64,000 bases of DNA from contig JASGHJ010000002.1 in the NCBI GenBank assembly GCA_047602405.1, positions 2,592,001 to 2,656,000 on the forward strand, in the 5' to 3' direction. Source of the stretch: Anaeromyxobacteraceae bacterium. Lineage in GTDB: Bacteria > Myxococcota > Myxococcia > Myxococcales > Anaeromyxobacteraceae. Below are positions 19,022-29,142 of this stretch, in pieces. The translations under genes were made by a program, and so were the position numbers. The stretch's first letter is position 1; each line of letters opens with the position of its first letter. The notes beneath the pieces were generated by a model. It saw only the letters and a program-made list of their open reading frames with translations. It was not told the origin of the DNA and ran no database searches.

Positions 19022-20221
19022 GTGCACGTCGCCCTGCTCACGAGCCTCTACCCGCCGTCGGTCGGCGGCATCCAGAGCCACACCCACGCCCTCGCCGAGG
19101 CGCTCGCCGCCCGCGGCGCTCGCGTCGAGGTGGTCACCCGCCGCGCCCAGGGCCACCCCGCCGTCGCGCACCCCCGGCGCCACCTCGGCGTGCACCGGGT
19201 GGGCGCCCCACCCGGCACCCCGGGCCCTGCCGCGACGGTCGCGTACGTGGCCGGGGCGGTCCGGGCGGTGCTGCGCCTCCGGCCCGACGTGCTCCACGCG
19301 CACCAGCTCCTCTCGCCGACCTCGGCCGCGCTCGCGGCCTCCGCCCTCGGCGGCGCCCCCGCCCTCCTCAACCCCCACGCCTGCGGCGCGATCGGCGACG
19401 TCGGCGTCCTCTCCGCGACCGCGCTCGGGCGGCTGCGCCTGCGCGCGGCCATGCGGCGCGCCGCGGGCTTCGTCGCGATCAGCGGATCCATCCGCGACGA
19501 GCTCCTCGCCGCCGGCGCCCCGGAGCGCAAGGTCCACGCGCTGCCGAACGGCGTCGACCTCGAGCGGTTCCGGCCCCCCTCGGCCGCGGAGCGCCACGCC
19601 GCCCGCGCGCGGCTCGGCGTGCGCGGACCGCTGGCCGTTTACTGCGGGCGGCTCTCCCCGGAGAAGGGCGTCGACGTCCTCGTCGCGGCCTGGCCCCGCG
19701 TGCTCGCGGCGGCGCCCGGCGCGCGCCTCGTCGTCCTCGGAGAAGGCCCCGAGGCGGCCCGCCTGCTCGCGGGCGTGCGCGCGCTCGGCGTGGACGCGTC
19801 CGTGTCGCTCCCGGGCCCGGGCGACCCCGCCGCGCTGCTCGCCGCGGCCGACGCCTTCGTGCTGCCCTCCCGCACCGAGGGGCTGCCGGTGGCGCTGCTC
19901 GAGGCGATGGCGGCCCGCGTGCCGGTCGTCGCGACGGCGGTGGGCGGCAGCGCGGAGCTCCTCGCCGACGGCCTCACCGGCCGCCTCGTGCCGCCCGGCG
20001 ATCCGGTGCGCCTCGGCGACGCCCTCGCCGGCCTGTTCAGCGATCCCCAGGGTGCGGCCACGCGCGCGGCCGCGGCCCTCGACCTCGTCCGGCGGCGCCA
20101 CGGGATCGGCGCCGTCGCGGACCACCTGCTCGCCCTCTACGCGCGCCTCGCGGCCGGCGTGCGGGCGCGCCAACGCGGGCGGGCCCAGCCGGCCGTCGGG
20201 CCGCGCGGGGCGGTGCCCTGA
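19022..20221 (+). CDS. Glycosyltransferase family 4
   Basis: YPPSVGG, PNGVD, GRLSPEKG, EGLPVALLEAMA. Confidence 0.9.
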   Translation: MHVALLTSLYPPSVGGIQSHTHALAEALAARGARVEVVTRRAQGHPAVAHPRRHLGVHRVGAPPGTPGPAATVAYVAGAVRAVLRLRPDVLHAHQLLSPTSAALAASALGGAPALLNPHACGAIGDVGVLSATALGRLRLRAAMRRAAGFVAISGSIRDELLAAGAPERKVHALPNGVDLERFRPPSAAERHAARARLGVRGPLAVYCGRLSPEKGVDVLVAAWPRVLAAAPGARLVVLGEGPEAARLLAGVRALGVDASVSLPGPGDPAALLAAADAFVLPSRTEGLPVALLEAMAARVPVVATAVGGSAELLADGLTGRLVPPGDPVRLGDALAGLFSDPQGAATRAAAALDLVRRRHGIGAVADHLLALYARLAAGVRARQRGRAQPAVGPRGAVP

Positions 20222-21501
20222 TGGCGGGGCCGCGGGTCGCGTACGTCGTGTCGTGGTTCCCGGCGCCGACCGAGACCTTCATCCTGCACGAGGTGCTGGG
20301 CGTGCTCGCGCTCGGCCTCGACGTGGACGTCTTCCCGCTCTTCGGGGCCGCGAAGGGGCCCCGCCACCCGGGCACCGACGACGTGCTGCGCCGCACCCAC
20401 CGCATCCCGCTCCTCGGCATCCTGCTCGCCCAGGTGTACTGGCTGCGCCGGCGGCCACGCGCGTACCTGGCGGCCTTCGCGGCGGCGCTGCGCGCCCACC
20501 GGCGCTCGCCCCTGGGCCTCGCGAAGGCGCTCGTGGTGCTCCCGCGGGGCGCCTACGTCGCCCGGGAGGTCGAGCGGCGCGGCATCACCCACCTCCACGC
20601 GCACTGGGCGACGCACCCGGCCCTCGCGGCCTGGATGGTGCGGGCCCTCACCGGCGTGAGCTACAGCTTCACCGCCCACGCGCACGATCTCTACCTCGAC
20701 CGCGCGATGCTCGCGGAGAAGGTCGCCGCCGCGCGGTTCGTCGTCACGATCAGCGAGTTCAACCGGCGGCTCATCGGCGCCGCCTGCGGCCCGGGGGCCG
20801 AGGCGAAGACCCGGGTGATCCGCTGCGGCGTGGACCCGGAGGCGTACCGCAGGCCCCCGGCCCTGGCGCCGGCGGCGGGGCCGCCGCTCGTCCTGTGCGT
20901 CGCGGGCCTGCGCGACTACAAGGGGCAGCTCCACCTCGTCGAGGCGTGCGCGCGGCTGCGGGACGCGGGGATCGCCTTCCGCTGCGTCGTCGTGGGCGAG
21001 GGTCCGGAGCGCGCGGCCCTCGAGCGCCGCATCGGCGAGCGCTGGCTCGCGCGCCACGTCGAGCTCACCGGGGCGCTCCCGCAGGACCGCGTGCGCGCGC
21101 TCGTGCGGGAGGCCGCGGTCGTGGTCCACCCGAGCGTCGTGACGCCCTCGGGCATGATGGACGGCATCCCGGTCGCGCTGATGGAGGCGATGGCCGCCGA
21201 GTGCGCGGTCGTGACCACCCGCGTCTCGGGCATCCCGGAGCTCGTGCAGGACGGCGTGGGAGGGCTCCTCGTCGCGCCAGGCGACGCGGCGGGGCTCGCG
21301 GAGGCCGTCGCGCGCCTCCTCGGCGACGCGGCGCTCCGGGCCCGGCTCGGCCGGGGCGCGCGGCAGGCCGTGCTGGCGCGCTTCACCCTGCAGCAGAACG
21401 TCGCGCTCCTCTTCGCGGAGCTCGCGCGGGCGGCCGTGACGGTCTCGCCGGGGTCGAGGCGCGGCGCCGCGCCTTCACCCACGGTGCCGGCGCCGGCCTG
21501 A
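20221..21501 (+). CDS. Glycosyltransferase family 4 (WcaL-like)
   Basis: FPAPTETFI..E, HLHAHWA, SFTAHAHD, DGIPVALMEAMA; TGATG coupling to the previous gene. Confidence 0.88.
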   Translation: MAGPRVAYVVSWFPAPTETFILHEVLGVLALGLDVDVFPLFGAAKGPRHPGTDDVLRRTHRIPLLGILLAQVYWLRRRPRAYLAAFAAALRAHRRSPLGLAKALVVLPRGAYVAREVERRGITHLHAHWATHPALAAWMVRALTGVSYSFTAHAHDLYLDRAMLAEKVAAARFVVTISEFNRRLIGAACGPGAEAKTRVIRCGVDPEAYRRPPALAPAAGPPLVLCVAGLRDYKGQLHLVEACARLRDAGIAFRCVVVGEGPERAALERRIGERWLARHVELTGALPQDRVRALVREAAVVVHPSVVTPSGMMDGIPVALMEAMAAECAVVTTRVSGIPELVQDGVGGLLVAPGDAAGLAEAVARLLGDAALRARLGRGARQAVLARFTLQQNVALLFAELARAAVTVSPGSRRGAAPSPTVPAPA

Positions 21502-21605
21502 CCCGCTGGCGCGGCACCGCAGTCGTTCGCGCGAACCCGGACTGTCGGTTGCACCCAGGATCCCGCCGGTCCACGCTGGGGGACGCCTCGCACCGGGAGG
21601 ATCCC

Positions 21606-22778
21606 ATGGCACGCATCGCACGCAGCCTCGCGCTCGCCGCGGTCGCGGCGGCCGCGCTCGCAGGAGGATGCAGCTCGAACGAGAATGACGCGGCGCCCGG
21701 CACCGGGGCGTGGCGACCCACCCGGCCGATGCAATCGGCGCGGGCCTTCGCAGCGCACACCATCCTGGCGGACGGGACGGTGCTCGCGATGGGCGGCGAC
21801 CGGCACACCGAAGGCCCGGCCTGGGCGGTCGGCACCGCCGAGCGGTTCGACCCGGCCACGGAGACCTGGTCCGGCGCCGGCGTGCTGGCCGTCGCGCGCG
21901 GCTACCCGGCGGCGGCGCGGCTCGGGGACGGCCGCGTGCTCCTGCTGGGCGGGATCGGCGCGGCCGACGTCCTCCTGAAGTCGGCGGAGCTGCACGACCC
22001 GTCGAACTCGAGCTGGACGCTCACCGAGGGCGGTCTCGCGGTCGCGCGGGCCGGCCCGTCGGCCACCTTGCTGCCCACCGGCAAGGTGCTGGTGGCCGGT
22101 GGGAGCACCTGGACGACCGCCGATTCAGGGCAGGCGATCGCGAGCGCGGAGGTCTTCGACCCTGCGAGCGGCACGTTCACGACCACCGGCGCGATGCACC
22201 ACGCGCGGTTCAACCACGGCGTCACGCTGCTCCCGTCCGGCAAGGTGCTCGTCGCCGGAGGGTGCGACAGCGGGGCATGCACGAGCGGCACCGAGACCGC
22301 GGAGCTCTACGATCCCGGAGCGGGCACGTGGACCCTGGTGGCCTCGTTGCCGGCCGCCCGCGTTGGTCTCCAGCTCACCCTGCTCCCGTCGGGTTCGGTG
22401 CTCGCGACGGGGGGCTGCCTCAACGAGGAATCGTGCGGCGGCGAGATGCGCTCGACCTACCTCTGGCGCGAGGGCGAGAGCGCATGGCATCCGGCCGCCC
22501 CGATGGCCTGGGGTCACGGGCTGCACTTCGCGGGCCTCCTCCCGTCCGGGAAGGTGCTCGTGGTTGCAGGCGACAATCCACACGGCCGTGCCGTCGCCGG
22601 CGAGGTCTACGACCCGGCGACCGACAGTTGGGCAGTGACCGGAGACCCCTGGACCTTCCACGGCGCGGGCGTGGTCGGCGCGGTGCTCTCCGACGGCCGC
22701 GTGCTCCTCGCCGGCGGCTCGCACTTCGAGGAGAGCGCCCTCGACGCGACCCGCGAGGCCGAGCTGTACGGACCGTGA
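21606..22778 (+). CDS. Kelch-repeat beta-propeller lipoprotein
   Basis: Lipobox LAGGC; repeated L..GKVLVAGG / AE.YDP..G.W units. Confidence 0.88.
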   Translation: MARIARSLALAAVAAAALAGGCSSNENDAAPGTGAWRPTRPMQSARAFAAHTILADGTVLAMGGDRHTEGPAWAVGTAERFDPATETWSGAGVLAVARGYPAAARLGDGRVLLLGGIGAADVLLKSAELHDPSNSSWTLTEGGLAVARAGPSATLLPTGKVLVAGGSTWTTADSGQAIASAEVFDPASGTFTTTGAMHHARFNHGVTLLPSGKVLVAGGCDSGACTSGTETAELYDPGAGTWTLVASLPAARVGLQLTLLPSGSVLATGGCLNEESCGGEMRSTYLWREGESAWHPAAPMAWGHGLHFAGLLPSGKVLVVAGDNPHGRAVAGEVYDPATDSWAVTGDPWTFHGAGVVGAVLSDGRVLLAGGSHFEESALDATREAELYGP

Positions 22779-22840
22779 GACGCGAGCGGGCCGCCCCGTC
22801 CCCGGAGCGGCCCGCCCGGATCATCGCCCCGGGGGCGGAG

Positions 22841-24922
22841 CTACCTCCCCGCGACCGGCGTGACCTTCGGCGCCTCCGCCGGCTTCGTCCAGCGGTCGAG
22901 CCAGCCGAGCACCGCCCGGTGCCACTGGATCGAGTTGAGCGGCTTCACGACCCAGTGGTTCTCGTCCGGGAAGTAGAGCAGCTCGGAGGGGACCCCGCGC
23001 CGCTGCGCGGCGGTGAAGGTCGCCATGCCCTCGGTCTCCACGACGCGGAAGTCCTTCCCGCCGTGGATGACGAGCATCGGCGTCTTCCAGTTCTTCACGA
23101 GGTTGAGCGGGTTGTGCTTCTCGTAGCTCGCGGGGTTGTCCCAGGGCGCGCCGCCGTGATCGCGCTCCGGGAACCAGAGCTCCTCGGTCGCGAAGTAGGC
23201 GAAGCGCTCGTCCAGGTTGCCGTCGTGCGCGACGAGGCAGCGGAAGCGGTCCGGCCAGGCCCCGGCGATCCAGTTGATCATGTAGCCGCCGTAGGACGCG
23301 CCGAGCGCGGCCACCCGGTCACCGTCGAGGAACGGGTACTTCGCGAGCGCCGCCGCGAGCCCCTTCTGCAGGTCCTCGAGGGGCTTGCCGCCCCAGTCGC
23401 CGCCGATGCTGTCGGAGAACGCCTGCCCGTAGCCGGTGGAGCCGTGGAAGTCGACCATGATGGCCGCGTACCCTGCGCCGGCGTAGGTCTGCGGGTTCCA
23501 GCGGTAGTGGAAGTGGTCGCCGAAGGAGCCCTGCGGGCCGCCGTGGATGAGGAACGCGATCGGCCACTTCTTCGCCGGGTCGAAGCCGACCGGCTTCACG
23601 AGCCAGGCGTGGACCTTCTCGCCGTTCCAGCCGGCGAAGGTGAACTGCTCCGCCTCGCCGAGCTTGAACCCGGCCATGAGGTCGGCGTTGAGCTTCGTGA
23701 TCGCGGCGAGCCCCGTGCCGTCCGGCCGGAGCGTGTGGAGGTCGGCCGGGCTGCGGAGGTCGTCGCGGGCCACCACGAGCTTCCCCTTCGCGACGGCCAC
23801 GCCGCCCACGCTGCCGGTCGAGACGAGCTCCTTCACGGCGCCCGAGGCGACGTCGATCGCGAAGAGGCCCGTGTGGCCGAGGCTGTCGGCGGTGACGTAG
23901 AGCGTCTTCCCGTCGGCGGACCAGGTGAGGCCGTGCGGCGAGCGATCCCACCCCGCGGCGAGCTCCCGCTCGGCGCCGCCCGGCCAGGCGCGCAGCATGA
24001 CGTGCCAGCGATCGGCCTCGTAGCCCGGCGTGCGCATCGCGCGGTAGGCGAGCCACTTGCCATCGGGCGAGAAGACCGGGCCGGCGTCCCAGGCCTCGTT
24101 CGTGGTGAGCCTCCTCGGCGCGGCCGAGCCGTCGAGCGGCGCGAGGAAGAGGTCGTGGTTGGTGGACCACGCCGCCGCGCGGCCGACGTCCTTCGCCGAG
24201 AAGACGACGCCCTTCCCGTCCGGGGTGAGCGCGTAGTCGTCGTCGCCGCCGAACGGCTTCGTCGGGCAGTCGACGTCGAGGCCCTTCATCGCGTCGCGGG
24301 CCTCGCCCGGCGTCGCGAGCGAGACGGCGAAGACGTGGGCGCGCAGCCCGTCCTCCCACTCGTCCCAGTGGCGGAACAGGAGCTCCCTGTAGACGCGGCC
24401 CGTCGCCTTCTCCTTCGCCTTCGCCGCGGCGCGGTCCGCGGTGCAGGCGAGGTCGGCGCAGTCCGGGTAGACCTCGAGCGAGACGAGGAGCCCCTTGCCG
24501 TCCGGGGCGACCTCGAAGCTGCCCACGTCGAGCGGCAGCGCCGTGGCCGCGCTCGCCTCGCCGCCGTCGAGCGGCAGCCGGAAGACCTGGGTGGTGTCCC
24601 CGCCGCGCCTCGCGAGGAAGTAGATCGCCTTGCCGTCGGGCGCCCACCGCGGGCTCGCCTCGGACTCCGGGGTGTGCGTGAGCTGGCGCGCGCCGGTGCC
24701 GTCGGCGTTCACGAGCCAGAGGTCGGTGCGCCGCTTGTTGGCGGCGAGGTCGACCGAGGAGAGGGCGTAGACGATCCGGCCGCCGTCGGGCGAGACGCGG
24801 AACTCGCCGAGGCGGCGCAGCGCGACGAGGTCGTCGACGGCGAAGGGGTGCGGGGCGTCGGCGGCGGGCGCCGGGAAGGACGCGGCGGCGAGCGCGAGCG
24901 CGGCGAGCGTGCGAAGGGACAT
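22841..24922 (-). CDS. S9 family peptidase (dipeptidyl peptidase 5-like) with PD40 propeller
   Basis: Signal peptide, IHGGPQ, GASYGG, DFRV, ENHW. Confidence 0.93.
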   Translation of the reverse strand: MSLRTLAALALAAASFPAPAADAPHPFAVDDLVALRRLGEFRVSPDGGRIVYALSSVDLAANKRRTDLWLVNADGTGARQLTHTPESEASPRWAPDGKAIYFLARRGGDTTQVFRLPLDGGEASAATALPLDVGSFEVAPDGKGLLVSLEVYPDCADLACTADRAAAKAKEKATGRVYRELLFRHWDEWEDGLRAHVFAVSLATPGEARDAMKGLDVDCPTKPFGGDDDYALTPDGKGVVFSAKDVGRAAAWSTNHDLFLAPLDGSAAPRRLTTNEAWDAGPVFSPDGKWLAYRAMRTPGYEADRWHVMLRAWPGGAERELAAGWDRSPHGLTWSADGKTLYVTADSLGHTGLFAIDVASGAVKELVSTGSVGGVAVAKGKLVVARDDLRSPADLHTLRPDGTGLAAITKLNADLMAGFKLGEAEQFTFAGWNGEKVHAWLVKPVGFDPAKKWPIAFLIHGGPQGSFGDHFHYRWNPQTYAGAGYAAIMVDFHGSTGYGQAFSDSIGGDWGGKPLEDLQKGLAAALAKYPFLDGDRVAALGASYGGYMINWIAGAWPDRFRCLVAHDGNLDERFAYFATEELWFPERDHGGAPWDNPASYEKHNPLNLVKNWKTPMLVIHGGKDFRVVETEGMATFTAAQRRGVPSELLYFPDENHWVVKPLNSIQWHRAVLGWLDRWTKPAEAPKVTPVAGR

Positions 24923-25012
24923 GGGCTCCTCTCGGGGTTCGCTGGTGGCGGCGCAGCGTAGCAGGGAGCGGGCGGGCGGGCCATGCCCGGCCGGGATGCG
25001 CAGGTCTCCTCC

Positions 25013-25636
25013 ATGCGCATGCTCGTGCTCGGGTTCGTCATGGGGTTGCCGCTCGCCGCGGCAGGACAGATCGGGCCGACGGGGCCCACGGGACCGTCGA
25101 CCACCGGACCGTCGACGACCGCCGGTACCGGCAGCGGAGGGATGGCGGACCCCGCCGGCACGGCCGGCGCCACGGGGCCGACCGGCACCACCGGCACGAC
25201 GGGCCGCGCCGCGCCCGCCGCCGTCTGCCCGCCCGGCACGATGCCCGACACGTCGGCGAGCTCCACCGGGACCGGCGGCACCGGGAGCTCCGCCACGGCT
25301 GGCACGTCCGGCGTCGGGACGCCGGCGGGCGCGCCGACGGACACCGGCCCGGGCGCAGGCACCGGGACGGGATCGGGGACGGCGGCGGGCAGCACGGGCA
25401 CCGGCTCCGGCGCCGTGGCCGGCGGAACGACGTCCGGCGCGACCACCACGCGCTGCGTCCCCATCGGGACCGGCGGCACCACCGGACCGGGCAGCACCGG
25501 CACCGGCACCGGCGCCACCGGGACCGAGCAGCCCGGGGGCCCGGGCTCCACCGGGACCGGCCCCACGGGCGGCGCCACCCCCGGGTCGACGACCGGGTCC
25601 GGCACCGGCACGGGGACCACGCCGCCTCGGCCCTGA
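25013..25636 (+). CDS. Secreted Gly/Thr-rich low-complexity protein
   Basis: Signal peptide followed by GTG/TGP repeats; codons are GC3-biased. Confidence 0.6.
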   Translation: MRMLVLGFVMGLPLAAAGQIGPTGPTGPSTTGPSTTAGTGSGGMADPAGTAGATGPTGTTGTTGRAAPAAVCPPGTMPDTSASSTGTGGTGSSATAGTSGVGTPAGAPTDTGPGAGTGTGSGTAAGSTGTGSGAVAGGTTSGATTTRCVPIGTGGTTGPGSTGTGTGATGTEQPGGPGSTGTGPTGGATPGSTTGSGTGTGTTPPRP

Positions 25637-25684
25637 CCCCTGCTGACGCTCCTCCTCGCCTTCTCGGGCACGCTCGTCCTCGCC

Positions 25685-26800
25685 GTGCTCGTCTCCGAGC
25701 GGGCGCGGCGGACGATCCTCTCGACCTCGGTGCTGTTCCTCGCGGCGGGCGTGGCCTTCGGACTCGCCCGCGGGCCGCTGCCGGACGCGGCGGTGCACGC
25801 CACCGCGGAGGCCGCGCTCGTCGCGGTGCTCTTCAACGACGCGATGCGGGCGTCATGGTCGGAGCTCCGGCGCGGCTGGCGCCTGCCCGGGCGGGCGCTC
25901 CTCGTGGGCTTCCCGCTCACGGGGCTCCTCACGGCGCTGGCCGCGCGCGCGCTCGGCGGCTTGCCCTGGCCCGACGCGTTCCTCGTGGGCGCGGCCCTCG
26001 CCTCGACCGACCCGGTCTTCGCGGCCGCCGTGATCGGCAGCGAGGAGGTCCCCGGCCGGATCCGGCACCTCCTCAACGTCGAGAGCGGCCTCAACGACGG
26101 CCTCGCCCTGCCATTCGTCGTCGCCTTCCTCGCGCTCTCCTCGCACGAGGCGTTCCAGGGCGGCGCGCTCCTCGCCGAGCTCTCGGGCGGGGTCGCGCTC
26201 GGTGTCGCCGTGCCGTGGGCCCTCGTGCGGCTCGAGCGCTCGCGGGTGTTCGGCGCGGCGGACGAGTACCGCCCGGTCGGCGTCCTCGCGACCGGGCTGT
26301 TGACCTGGACGCTCGCGCGCGCGCTGCACGCGAACGCCTACCTCGCGGCGTTCGCGGCCGGAGCGACGCTCGTCACCGTCGCGCCCCGCGCGCGCCGGAC
26401 CTTCTCGGCGGTCGGCGACGTCCTCACCGAGGTCGCGAAGCTCGGCGCGCTCCTCGTCTTCGCGACTCGGTTGACGCCGGAGCTCGTCGCGGGCGCCGGG
26501 CCCGGCGGCTGGGCCTTCGCGGCCTTCGCCCTCTTCGTGGCGCGCCCCGCGGCGCTGCTCGTCGCGCTCCACGGGACCGAGCTCACGCTCAAGGAGCGGC
26601 TCTTCGCGGGCTGGTTCGGCCCGCGCGGGTTCGCGTCCGTGGTCTACGGGCTCCTCGTCGCCGGCGGCGGCTCCCCGGCGGCGGGGCGGGCGTTCCTGCT
26701 CGTCGCGCTCACGACGGCGCTCTCGATGCTGCTGCACTCGTCGAGCGACGTCGTGCTCGTGCGCTGGCTGCGCCGGAGCCTGGGGCCCGCGCCAGCCTGA
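25685..26800 (+). CDS. Cation:proton antiporter (CPA1/NhaP-like); true start may be upstream
   Basis: TDPV, ESGLND, WFGPRG; many TM helices. Confidence 0.88.
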   Translation: MLVSERARRTILSTSVLFLAAGVAFGLARGPLPDAAVHATAEAALVAVLFNDAMRASWSELRRGWRLPGRALLVGFPLTGLLTALAARALGGLPWPDAFLVGAALASTDPVFAAAVIGSEEVPGRIRHLLNVESGLNDGLALPFVVAFLALSSHEAFQGGALLAELSGGVALGVAVPWALVRLERSRVFGAADEYRPVGVLATGLLTWTLARALHANAYLAAFAAGATLVTVAPRARRTFSAVGDVLTEVAKLGALLVFATRLTPELVAGAGPGGWAFAAFALFVARPAALLVALHGTELTLKERLFAGWFGPRGFASVVYGLLVAGGGSPAAGRAFLLVALTTALSMLLHSSSDVVLVRWLRRSLGPAPA

Positions 26801-26823
26801 GGCCGGCGCGGGCGTCGGGCTCG

Positions 26824-28378
26824 CTACTTCACGCGCTTCTTCGCGTCGTCGAGCGCCTGCTGCGCCTCGGGAGACTTCGCGCCCTGCACGGCGACCACGG
26901 CCTGGAAGGCCGCCTTCGCCTCCGCCTTCTTCTTCACGTAGTCGTAGAGGCGGCCCGCGCGGTAGTACGCGAGCAGCGACCCGTCCGGGCTCTCCTTCGT
27001 GCAGTCGGCGTCGGCGCCGAACCGCTCGTACTTCTTCGCGGCCTCGACCCACTGCTCGGCCTGATCGGACGAGATGGCCGCGTTGCGGAGCACGGCGCAG
27101 CGCTGCGTGCCCTTCGGCCACCGCTCGAGCCAGGTCTCGTACAGCTTCGCCGCGGCGGCGTGATCGCCCGCCTTCGAGCGCAGCCCCGCGAGCGCGAGCG
27201 TGGCGCCCGGCGCGACCTCGGAGTCCTTGTAGTCCTTCACGACCTTCTCGCGGAGCGCGGCGGCCTTCTTCGCGTCGCCGGCCTTCTCCCAGGCGAAGCC
27301 CGCCGCGTCGAGCGCGGCCGCCGGGTCGCCGCCCTTCGTGCCCGCCGCGAGCTGCTCGAACGCACCCCCGGCCTCGGCGAACTTGCCCTGCTCGAAGAGG
27401 CGCCGCGCCGCGCCGTAGCGGATCGAGAAGTCCGCCGCGTCGACGGCCTTCACCGGATTCCGCCGCCTTCGCGTCGGCCGAGCCGTCGCCGGTGCCCTGC
27501 GCGGGCGGGCTCGCCTGCGCCATCGTCTGGGCCTGCGCGCGCAGCTTCGCGAGCGCGGCCTCGTAGCCCTGCGTGTCGCCCGCGTCGGCCCAGGTCCTCA
27601 GGTAGAGCGGCGCGGCGGCGGCGAAGACCTCGGGCTGGCCGGCCCCGCGCTCGAGCGCGGTCGCGAGGAGCCCGCGCGCGGGCTCCATCCGGTCGAAGGC
27701 GAACTCGGCCTGCCCGGCCACGAGCGCGAGCTGGGCGGGGCTGACGCTGCGCTTCGCGGCCTCGGCGCCGGCCTCCCCGGCGGGCGCCGGGGCGGCGAGG
27801 GCCTCGCGGGCGGCGTCCGTGAAGCTCTTCCAGCTGCTCGTCAGCTCCCGGGGCTGGGGCGGGCTCTTCCGCTCCTCGGCGGGGATGATGCGCGGCGGCT
27901 GGAGGTCCTTCGCGCGGACGCGGGCGTTCGCGGCGAGGAGCCAGCCGAGCGCCCTCGACATCGGGTCCTTCGAGTTCTCCGCGAGGGTCTCGGCGGTGCC
28001 GACGGCCTGCGGGAGGCGCCCGCCCTCCATGTACAGCTCGGCCGCGTGGTACCGGAGGGACTCGTCCCAGTTCGAGCCCGTGTACTTGTTCGCGAAGCCC
28101 ATGAGGCCGTCGGCGGCCTGCACGTAGAGCGCCCGGGCCTCCGGCTTCTTGCCGGCGTCCTCCGCCTCGTGCGCCCGCTGCTCGGCCATGAGCGCCTCGC
28201 GGTACTTCTCGCGGATCTCGCCCTCGGGCATCACGTTGGGGACCGGGAGGGGCTCGCCCGCGAGGTGCAGGCGGCCACCGCGCGGGATCTTCGCCGCGCC
28301 AGATTCACCCTTGCCCGGGGTCGCACACGCGAGGGTGGAGAGGACGACGAGGACGATGCCGGATCTCTGAAGTGACAT
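26824..28378 (-). CDS. TPR-repeat lipoprotein (one +1 frameshift at 27456-27460)
   Basis: Lipobox TLAC; helical repeats; deleting one base gives KAADPVKAVDAADFSIRY and joins ORF 26824..27453. Confidence 0.75.
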
Positions 28379-28513
28379 TCGACGGTCGGCTCCTGCCAAG
28401 AGTCTGCCAAGAGGTTTAGGGATGGGGCACGCGAGCGGCCATGGGATTCCTCGCCGATCCGCCCCGAGGCGGCCTCGGTTAGACCCCGAACCTGGCCGGG
28501 ATGGAAGAGCCTC

Positions 28514-29050
28514 TTGGGTGCCGTGGAACTGAACGCCGATACCAAGCTGGGCGACGTGCTCGATCGCTGGCCGGCGCTCGAGCAGGTGCTGCTCGATCTC
28601 TCGCCAGCCTTCCGCGCGCTCCGCGCACCCGTCGTGCGCAAGGCCCTGGGCCGCGCGGCCACCCTCCGTCAGGCCGCCCGCGCGGGCGGTGTCTCCCTCG
28701 CGCTCCTCCTCTCCCGGCTCCGCGAGGCGGCCGGGCTCCCGCCCGACCTCCACGCGCCGTACGAGCCCTCGGGGGCACCCCGACCGCCGGCCTGGGCGAT
28801 CCCTGACCCATCCCGCCGCCGCGACGCCCGCCTGGACGTCGAGGCCGGGGTCCACCCCCTGCCGCTCGTGCTGGCCGAGCTCGAGGCCCTCGCGGAGGGT
28901 GAAACCTACGAGCTCTTGACCCCGCTCGTGCCGGCGCCGCTCATCGACCTCGCGCGCCGGAAGGGCTTCGAGGCCCACGCCTGGATCGAGCCGGGTGGGC
29001 ACGCGCGGACCGTCTTCCGCCGGGCCCCACCCGGTCCGGGCAGCCCGTAG
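28514..29050 (+). CDS. DUF1858 + DUF2249 domain protein
   Basis: TKLGDVLDRWPALEQVL..LSPAF..L..PV.R....ATLRQAA; C-terminal HPL..VL...PLVPAPLID. Confidence 0.75.
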   Translation: MGAVELNADTKLGDVLDRWPALEQVLLDLSPAFRALRAPVVRKALGRAATLRQAARAGGVSLALLLSRLREAAGLPPDLHAPYEPSGAPRPPAWAIPDPSRRRDARLDVEAGVHPLPLVLAELEALAEGETYELLTPLVPAPLIDLARRKGFEAHAWIEPGGHARTVFRRAPPGPGSP

Positions 29051-29142
29051 CCGCCCCGGACGGCTACGCCCCGGCCACCGCGCGGGCGGCCGGGGCGCAT
29101 CGAGGCCGGGCGCGAGGAACACCCGGCGCGCTCGGCGCTGCG

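Noticed and set aside
25070..25625. CRISPR-like or tandem DNA array
   Set aside because: Repeats are degenerate codon-level Gly/Thr repeats with no constant repeat-spacer structure; no cas genes.
25634..25636. In-frame TGA as a second selenocysteine
   Set aside because: No Cys/redox motif context and no clear SECIS-like hairpin.
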